Assembly: GCF_018350175.1 (NCBI RefSeq) | Contig: NC_058383.1 | Span: 10,168,001-10,232,000, forward strand | Direction of reading: 5' to 3' | Length of the DNA stretch: 64,000 nt | From: Felis catus | Lineage: Eukaryota | Part shown: positions 55,490-64,000 of the stretch, piece by piece | Numbering within the stretch: position 1 is the stretch's first letter | Layout: each line of letters opens with the position of its first letter | The notes under the pieces: model-generated | Told to the model about the DNA's origin: nothing | The model's database searches: none | What the model saw: only the letters and a program-made list of their open reading frames with translations | Position numbers and translations under genes: made by a program

Positions 55490-58400
55490 TCTTCTTGTCA
55501 TTCTTGACATCAGACCTCGATCCTCTTTCCCTCCAGGCTCAGAGGTGGGCCTGGCAAGACCAGTCATGTCACTTGGCTCAGGGGCTGCCCTAGGCCCCAG
55601 CTACAGGTGCAGCCGCACCCCACCACCCTGAGAGCAGCTGTATAGAAGCCCCCCACCCTGGGGGGCGGGGTAATTACACCTCTGACTTCCCAGTGCACTG
55701 GCCGTGCTCGTTCCTGTCCGCCTTAGGCACCTGCAGTCGCCAGGGGCAGCCCACTCCGTTGGCAAGGGCAAGTCCGTCTCCACAGCCAAAGCCAGGATGC
55801 CCAGGGGCAGGACCGGCCTCGCCCTGGACTGGGGATCTCAGGCTTGGTCACATCTCATATCTTAGCACCCCACAGGGCAGGCATGAGCTGGCTCAGCACC
55901 GGCGTTCACCTCAATCTCTCTTACATCAGGGTCAGAGCCAAGGACAGGGGCAGGTGGAGGTCGAGGGTCGGTGAAGCTGAGGGACCCAGAGGGCTGGGCC
56001 CAGCTAGCCTGCTGGGGAGGGACCCAGGTTCTGCACCCAGCAGGGGCTGACTGAGGGACCTGCCCTCTGGGTCTGTCTGCTCCTGTTTGCAATGGGGACA
56101 GCGATGCCCGGCCGCAGGGACAGAGGGCAGAGAAAGGGTGGGAAAGCACAGCATGTTCTGTAAAGGGCTGTGCCCCTGGGGCTCTCGGGGTCCTACTGCC
56201 CCACCGGAGTGGGACCAACCAGGAGACGGGGTTGGTTGGGAGCTTCCTGGAGGCGGCTCTGACAGGCCCCTCTCATCAAGAGATCACACCTCCTCCCCCA
56301 GCAGCTAAAATAAATCCTCGCTCCCACAAGTGTCTGTGGCTGCTACCAGGTGGCCCCCTCCCCCCAACCGAGCCCACCTATAGACAAAGAAAATCTAGGA
56401 GCCATTTCTACACTTTTGGGCCTTGCCAGGCCCGGGAGCTAAGCTGGAAGAGCACTCCCTAGGGAAACTGAGGCAGAGTGCAGTCTGGAGGAGCCCAGGT
56501 CCCCCTTCAGGGCAGGCTGCCAGCTTGGGAGGTGGCCCTAGGAGTGCCTGCCATTCAGCACCCAGCCCTGTCTTTTTGGTGTCTAGAGAGGGACAAGGGT
56601 GGACAGGAGAGGACTGAGGAGAATTTTCCAGCTCCGCTCCCAGAAAGAGTAATGACTGGCGGGGGCCAAAGACAAGGGCATCAGAGTTTCCAAGGATGAG
56701 AGTCGCTGCCAGAGGCCCCTGGGATCTGGGCTGATGGCTCTCCCCGGGCCTCGGCTTGCCCATCTGTAAACTGAGGACGTATCTTCTCCATGCATCCAGG
56801 AGCTTTGACCTGCTCCCTCCACAGCCTCCCCAGAAGACTGAAGAAGCCTGGCCTCAGGTAGTTTCTCCAGCACAGGGTTGGCAGGAAAGATGCCCACGCT
56901 CTCCTCCAGGCCCTGTGTCAATGAGGGCAGAGCTGAGGAAGGGGACACCTGGGGCCAGGGCCTGGTGGGGGCCCCCAGGTTGGGGTCTGTCCTGAAGGCG
57001 GCGTTCAGATTAGCCCCCAAAGCTGGTTGGAGGGCTTAGGGCCTGACTTCACAGCCTTGGTCACACCAGTGGTGGCTCCAAGCAAAACCCTGAGGGGATT
57101 CTCCATGGGGACCCCTTCCTTACCAAGTCTCAGCACTTCTTCCTCTCGGGACTTTTCGCCCACCACCCTTCATCACCTCGCTGCTGCAGCCTAAAACTGG
57201 ACCCAGCACGCCCCACCTATAACCATTTCCCTGCTTCGATGACCCACCCAACTGTCTTCCCTTTCCCCATGCAATTCCCTCTGCCTGGAATGCCGATTCC
57301 ATGAAGCTGGCGTTCACTGCCCTCATCCTTGGATGCTGCCTCCTTCCAGAAGCCTTCCCCAGCTCCCCAGGGTCACTATCTTGTTCCTCTGCTTCCCCCT
57401 GCACTATTCCCTTCTCTGCTGGAACCACAACCACAGTCTCTCAGGCCCTGAGGGACCTGAAAAAACCACCTTGGCCTCAGCTTCCAGACTCAGCTTGCAT
57501 ACCTCCTGTGATGGTGAGCTTACTACCTTTCCTGGGCAGCTCTGCCCATCTTGGGCTGCCCCAATTGTCCCTTTCCTGTACAGTTTGGCCCTAGGCCATA
57601 AAGAACCTGTTGGTGCCCTCTCCTTGGGCTGGACTTGCTAGAGATCTAAAGACAGCATCAGCATCTTCTCTGGGTTTTTCTACTCATGTTGGCTATTCCC
57701 TTCCCCTCAGATCCTTCCTAGGGCCCGAAGTTGCAGTCCTTGCCCCAGACTTACTTGGTTCAGCCTCTATCTTCTCCTGCAGTACATGATACAGACTGAA
57801 TTTGCTGCTGATTGTGGTCTGAATGGTACCAATGAGCTGACCCATCCCCTCCCTCTTTTTATGTGGTCTACCTCTGTTAATGCAACCAGAAATCAGTATG
57901 ATATACGATATATGATCGCATCAGTGATCATATAGCACTTCCTGCCCAGGAAAACCCCAAGCCCTTCCCCACCACTGTCTACTTGGTTGGATTTTAGGCT
58001 CAAGCGAAGGACTTTTTTTTCCGTTTCATTTATTCATTTGTTCAGATCCTTATTCCACTTTGTGAGAATCTGATGGCTCATGATTTTGCTGCCCCCCCCC
58101 CCCCCCCCCCCGCAACCTCATCCACATCTAGGCCGGTGCCCTGTGGCACCTTTCTAGAGACATCCTCCAGGTTAACTAAGACTGAGGTCAGGTCTCATGG
58201 GACGCTGAGTAAATGACAAGCCCCAAACCCAGACACGCTCCTGACCCAAAAGGAAGTAGGAAGTAGGCTGGTGTGCTATCTCCTAGTGTCTGGGGATGGT
58301 CAGGGCAGACATCACCTACACGCACACAGGGGCCACCCAGATAGTTTTAAATCATGAGGGCCCCAGCTCCCTTAGAAATCTGCCAGCCTTCTGCGAGTGA

Positions 58401-58710
58401 CAGTCACAGCTCCAGAAAGAGGGCTGGACTAGACTGGAGACTTGAGGGTCCCCAGTGGCAGCTGGAGGTGGCAGCTGGAGCCTGGAGTGGTCACAAGCTG
58501 GAAGCTGCAAACATCTTTAGAAAAAACCCACCCAGGCATCCTGTGATGTACCCTACCTGCCATCTGGCCCAGACGAGGTTCCACCTCTTTCTCTTGAGCC
58601 CCCATTCCCGAGCACCCTCAAATCAGAAACCGGGGTACATTCACATTCTTCCTTTTCTTCTCACATCCAACCAATATTTTACTTGTCATGATGTTTTTTT
58701 GTTCATCCCT

Positions 58711-58899
58711 CCATGGTTCTCAACCCTGTTCCAGGACCATAATTCCTTGGGGGCTTAAAAAACCCCCACCAGCTTCCAGGACTCTATCCTAGAGAGATTG
58801 AATTGGACTTTCAGGGGGTGGGGCTGGGGAGGCTGTTTTTAAAAAGCTCCGCGCCCCCCCCCCGCCCCCCCCCCCCCCTCCAGGGGTTGAGAACCACTG
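58711..58899. mobile_element. MER5A1-like hAT MITE with terminal inverted repeats
   Basis: Left ccatggttctcaaccct / right aggggttgagaaccactg. Confidence 0.7.
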
Positions 58900-61800
58900 G
58901 TCTGGTCTTACTCCTCTCCATAGGCTCTGGCCCAAGCAACCAGGAATGAAAGCCGCACTTGGGAGAAGCCCCAACCTTCTAGTGGAGGCCAGACAGCCCT
59001 GGTGGTCTCTCCTGGCAGAGGCTCCAGGATTCCAGGATACCTTCCTGGAAACAAAAGTGATTCTTCCAAGAGCCTCGGAGGCCAGGCAGCCTCCAGGCCT
59101 GTCCCCAGGGATGGAGAGTGGGAGGCCAGCCAGCAGGGCTGATTCATTCCTCCTGAGCAGGAGTCGCTGTTGTCTGCCTCGAGGACTATATTCCCCCCCT
59201 CCTTTTTAATGACAAATCAAAGTCAATACCACCAGAGCGGACAGACCCAGAGCTGAGTCAGGGGTATGCGAGGCCAAGCTCCATCCCCAGTAAAGAAGGG
59301 CTCCCCGCATCTGATCCCTTCCCCCTCTCTGCATCCTGTGTGTGCCCTTCACCAGATCCCTGCCCCTTAGCAGGCCCCCAGGGCAGCTCCAGGAGGCAGC
59401 CTCAGCCCCAGGAGATGAGTTGGCCTCTGCCCGGCACCCTCCAACACACGGTGTGACCTTAGATAACACCCTGGCCCCTTCCAGACCTCAGCTTTCCAAT
59501 CTGTGAAAGGGGAGGTTGGACTAGACAGTCCCTGGAGGTCGTTCCGGCTGCACCCCAGATGAAAATGTGCCCAAATTCGCTGCACCCCAAGGAGGTCAGA
59601 GGAGGGAAGGAGGCCTACTCTTACATCCCCATTTCTTCCACTCTGCAAGGCGGATCCCACTCGCTCCACTGTATGGGTGAAATGGGCACAGAGAGGTTAA
59701 GGCAAGAACCTGCCTGGTGTTGCCTAGGGCACCCTGTCTCTTCCCGGCAATGAGAGAGAAAAGGGGAACTGGGGGACAGAGGGGCCCACGGGGTTTTCCC
59801 TTCCGGGCCTGCCCCTGCTGCTCCAGTGAGCAGGCGTCAGACCACCTACCACTGTCGGTTGGGCATTCCAACCTCTCTGCCTTGACTCATGCGGGTCTCT
59901 CCTTTGGGACCACCTTTCCTCCCCCCATCTAAATCCAACTCCTCTTTCTGGGCCACCCCAAGTTCTCTTCTCCCACGGTCTGGCTGCCCCAACACTCCCT
60001 CCTCTCCATCCTCTGGCTTCTGCAGCAGGCCTCCTGTGTCGCACACGACTCCGGACAAAGATAAACACCGTCCTGGGCTCGGGGAGGGGTAGGTCTGAGA
60101 ACTTCTGGTTCTCAGAAAGAAAACCAGAGAGGCCTCTGAATTGGGGGAAGGAGGCAGCTGCGTGCCAGGTGCGGCTGCCCAGGGACACTTCGCCCCAAGT
60201 CTCTCTGGCTGTGTGCCCCTGGGCTAGTCTTTGCCCCTCTTAGGCCCTTGGGTTGCCCTTTTGATCTCGGAGGGCCCCCAACGATCCCTTCGGTCTGTCT
60301 GCACAACTAGAGAATCAGCCTTATGAGTGAGGGGAGAGGCTGGAGGGCCGGGCCTGGCCTGCAGAGCGCTGAGGAAATGCGCCAGCTCCTTCCCCAAGTG
60401 TGACTTTTATAAATAAGCTCCATTTGCCTTCCTTCCAAATGTGGTGGCGTTGGGTGGGGAAGGAGGAGGGGGGAGAAGGGAGGGAGGGCTGGTGGTGGTG
60501 CAAGTCACTGTCCCGAGCACCACCTCTGTCCAGCCCAGCCAGTACCGGCCTCTTGGGTCCTGGGGATTCTAATCTGAAAATTCTGGCTCCTGGGGTTCAA
60601 GGTCTCCCCGAAATACGGAGGCGACTCAGGAGACCTGTGACTACCCCTTGCCCTGAGAAACTGGGTTCTAGGTGTCTCATCTCCGCTATATAGCTGGGAA
60701 CTCAAGGCCCGGAGGGGGACTTGTGGGAAACGACAGCCCCCCACAGACTACCTGTTCACCCCACACAGTGTGGGCTCCTGGAGGTTGCAAGAGACGCCCA
60801 ATGGGCAGGGCCACCCAGCAGTGGATACAGCAAACCTCCATGGGTTCTGACTGCCTGAGGGGTGGGGTCTAGAGAGGAAGCCCCCCTCAATTCACAGAGA
60901 AGCCAAGCCTCACCCTCTAGGGGACCACGCTGGCTAGTGTTTATGTGTATATGGGGGTGGGGGGTGGGGGTGAGGGGTCACAGAGACACGTACCGGAGCC
61001 AAACACCTGGGTTCAACCTCCCTACAACCCTAGCTCTCCTGGTGGTTCCCCGCCCAGCCAGGCCTAAGTCTATCTTCGGGACTAGGCTCTCTTGTGTCTC
61101 AGTTTCCCCTTTATCAGAGGGGATGAAGGCTGATGAGCCACAGATCCTGTCACCTGGAAAGGACTGCGTTTCCCTGACCACTTGGTTCCCACATATACTC
61201 TCGTCTGACCCACCAGGCACCCAAACATCAGCAAATGCACCACGTGGACATACGTTGCCAAGATAACATTCTTTCTGACTCAACGTAGCACAGGAAGCTT
61301 GAGGGCAACCGCAAGGGCTGGCGGGGGAAGTGTTTAGACATCATATATGACATGAGGGACCATCTTCTTCCTTTGAAACCTCGTGGGGTTTACCCTAGGG
61401 GCCGGGCACTTGGCCAGGAATAAAAGGTCTGATGGGAGGGTGGGGCCGGTAGCCAGAGCCAGGGGGGGGGATAGAGGCAGGATGGTACAGGTCGCAGCTC
61501 CGCGCTGCCCAGGACACAGGACTGGTATAATGGGGGAGACGGGGCACAAACGCGGGGAGCCTCTGGACAGAGAGGGCAGGCCATGAGATCAAAAGCCCAA
61601 AGCACACTTGAAACTTTCCCTATGAGAGGACCTATGTCTCTGGCTCCAGGTGGGGCAGCAGGGGGAGGGCTCTGAGGGGCCACCGAGCTAGCGGGCCCCC
61701 CCACCCTAGATCAGTGGTACGGGAAGGGCACCTGCCAGCCAGCAGGGTGGTCAACTAGGGGATCAGACAAGGGTCAGCCTGGTCTAGAGTCCTCATGTCC

Positions 61801-62149
61801 CCCTCCCCACAGGCAGACTTCACTTCCTTCACTGCTCCCGCGGGGCCCCCAGGCTTGCCATCTCTAAGGGCAAAGGTGAGAATGCCCTGGTAAACGTCAG
61901 CGGCCACGGGAGGCTGGGGAGGGGGGTGCATGAGAAACAGGCGGCAGGGCTCTGGGTCAGGGCTGGGAAAGGGTGGGCTCTGGTCAGAACCTTTGCGCAT
62001 CCTCTTACTCCCCACGAACCCCGCCCCGGGAGCCACACCCCGGGGGCCCCCCGAGACACAGGTGGAAAAATAGACAGGTTCAGGTTGGAACCAGACCAGG
62101 AACCCGGGAAGGGTCTGAAAACACCACCGGGGTCGGGGTTGCTCGGGGG

Positions 62150-63070
62150 CTAGGAAGGTGGACCGGAGGATGGGGGGCGAATCTGACCCCTCTGGGACCT
62201 GGGCGGGCAGCAGACCCCGAGCGTGACCGGGATGGGGAGCCACAGGTGATGGGAGCTACAGGTGACGGGGGCGGCCCGCGGGACAGCGCCCGCCCGAAGA
62301 GCCCAGCCCCACCCGGCGGCCCGGTTTCCGCAGCGCCCCGCAGCTGGGCTCTGAGCAGGGGACCGCCCCCGGCCCCCTTCCCGCTGCGGTCCCGCCGTCT
62401 GTCTCTACCAGTGCGGGGGACAGGAGGGTCGGTGATGAGGCACAGTGTGGGGACAGAGACGGGACCTGCTCCGCGCGGGCTACGGGAGAGGTCAGCCCTC
62501 TGTCCCGCCACCGGTATCCGATAATAGCCCTCCGACCCCTCAAAACAAGGGGGCGCCGAAAAGTTTATCCAGGATCCCGGGCTCCGGCCGCCAGCCCGCG
62601 GGCCCATGGCGCCGAGCTCACGCGAGCCCGTGACCCCGAGTGGGTCCGAGGGGCGGGACCCGGAGGGGGGTCGCGGTCCTCGGCTCCGCACCGCTCCTTC
62701 CCGCCGGGTCGGGGACGCAGGGGCTGTCGCCGGGTGGCCGCCGAGGCCGGGCGGGGAGCGGGCGGCGCGCCGGGCGCGGGCGGCGAGNNNNNNNNNNNNN
62801 NNNNNNNNNNNNNNNNNNNNNNNNNNNNNNNNNNNNNNNNNNNNNNNNNNNNNNNNNNNNNNNNNNNNNNNNNNNNNNNNNNNNNNNNNNNNNNNNNNNN
62901 NNNNNNNNNNNNNNNNNNNNNNNNNNNNNNNNNNNNNNNNNNNNNNNNNNNNNNNNNNNNNNNNNNNNNNNNNNNGCCCGGCCCCGCCCAGCCGCCGGCC
63001 CACGCCCAGCGCAGTGGGGTCGAAACCCTGGGACTTCTTGCGCCTGTGTTCCCCACCCCGCGTGATCCCT
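62150..63070 (-). promoter_or_regulatory. STX1A: STX1A CpG island / promoter with exon 1 in gap
   Basis: Very GC/CpG-rich and flanks a 188-N gap. MKDRTQELRT coding sequence is not visible elsewhere. Confidence 0.8.
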
Positions 63071-64000
63071 GCCTGGGATGGGGCTCCAGAGCCCCTGCTC
63101 CCTCCCCTACCCCAACCCTCTCGGCACTCAGCCGCTCAGCAGCCCAGCCGTCGTTCTGGACCCTGGATCGTCACCCCCAGAGCTCCTCACCTCCTTGGGG
63201 ATTTGCTGGAGGTTGGAACCCCCTCGATTTTATGGCCTTGGAACTTCTAGCACTCCCCTCCGAAAACCTCCTCCCCCAAAAGCCTCCTCCAGAGTTCCAG
63301 CCTCTGAGCCCCTACCCTTCCCACTTTCCCCCAACACTTCATCCAGACTCAGGCTCTGGCCCCTCTTTCCCTGGGATTTCTCAGTTCACTGGTCTGATGC
63401 AGGGTGACCACTTCTTTTCCTTTAGTTTCCGCCCCCAGCAGGACGCAGGAACCCTTCTGTCTTTGGGGAAAGGAAATCTAAGTTAAAGCCTGCTCCCCCC
63501 CCCCCCCAAGATTCTATTTCCTATATACCAGGGGGGGGGGGGCATTTAAGCCTGGGGCCCGGCTCACTCTGACACTAATGGAAAGCTTAGCTGTATGTAG
63601 AGGGGTAGTGGATGGGGGCTAGTCAGTAGCAGATGCTCCTTTTCTGGTCCTTGCCAGCATCTTGTTGAGACAGCAGCCATATAACACCCTCCCTCCAGCT
63701 GTCCCCTCTGTGCCCTGGCCCAGACCTTCTTGACCTCAAGCCAAACACTCCCTCTTCCTTTCCCCAGGGCTGCCAAGGTGTTGCTCTGGAGCTGGGCCAG
63801 CCCCCTGCTGCCCTGTGTGTCTGGTCCTGGCGCTTCTCCCAGACTGTGGGCACAGGTTAGCTGGCTGGCAGACAGGCTACAGACACTGTTCCAGCCATCT
63901 CTCCTTCCCTGGAAATCTGGCCCGAGACTAGCTTAGACGCAGCCTGGCATGAGAGGCGGCCACACCCTTCCCAGTTGTCCAGACCTCAGCTTTGGGCGCC

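Noticed and set aside
54612-62787. Possible orthologue of human MIR4284 in STX1A intron 1
   Set aside because: No matching mature sequence or convincing hairpin seen by eye.

Overview
Mammalian (felid) genomic DNA. The many tRNA-derived Can-SINEs are of the cat SINEC_Fc type, and gene order matches the human Williams-Beuren region (7q11.23). Left to right: (1) the distal alternative first exon (exon 1b, ChREBP-beta) and promoter of MLXIPL on the minus strand at about 8.8-9.1 kb, with the gene body left of the window; (2) a SINE/L1/LTR-dense block at 11.4-20.1 kb; (3) VPS37D (+; exon 1 falls in an N-gap, exons 2-4 resolved); (4) a diverged ~1.3-1.5 kb direct duplication at 26.2-27.6 kb and 29.2-30.5 kb, each copy carrying a three-part heat-shock-element (HSE) cluster; (5) intronless DNAJC30 (-, 226 aa) head-to-head with BUD23/WBSCR22 (+, 12 exons, 281 aa) across a ~200 bp bidirectional promoter; (6) STX1A (-, exons 2-10 resolved, exon 1 in an N-gap, 288 aa expected), tail-to-tail with BUD23. 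The best candidate for an undescribed system is the duplicated HSE module at the 3' end of the Hsp40 gene DNAJC30. One copy also has the DNAJC30-strand AATAAA and a downstream antisense TATAAA. Other leads are the felid ChREBP-beta promoter (ChoRE, E-box, DR1, stacked donors), a syntaxin-1C-like alternative acceptor, and a micro-retrocopy inside an L1. Exon boundaries were read by eye from GT/AG sites and frame continuity. Comparisons with human or mouse sequences are from memory and need alignment; repeat family names are by-eye calls.
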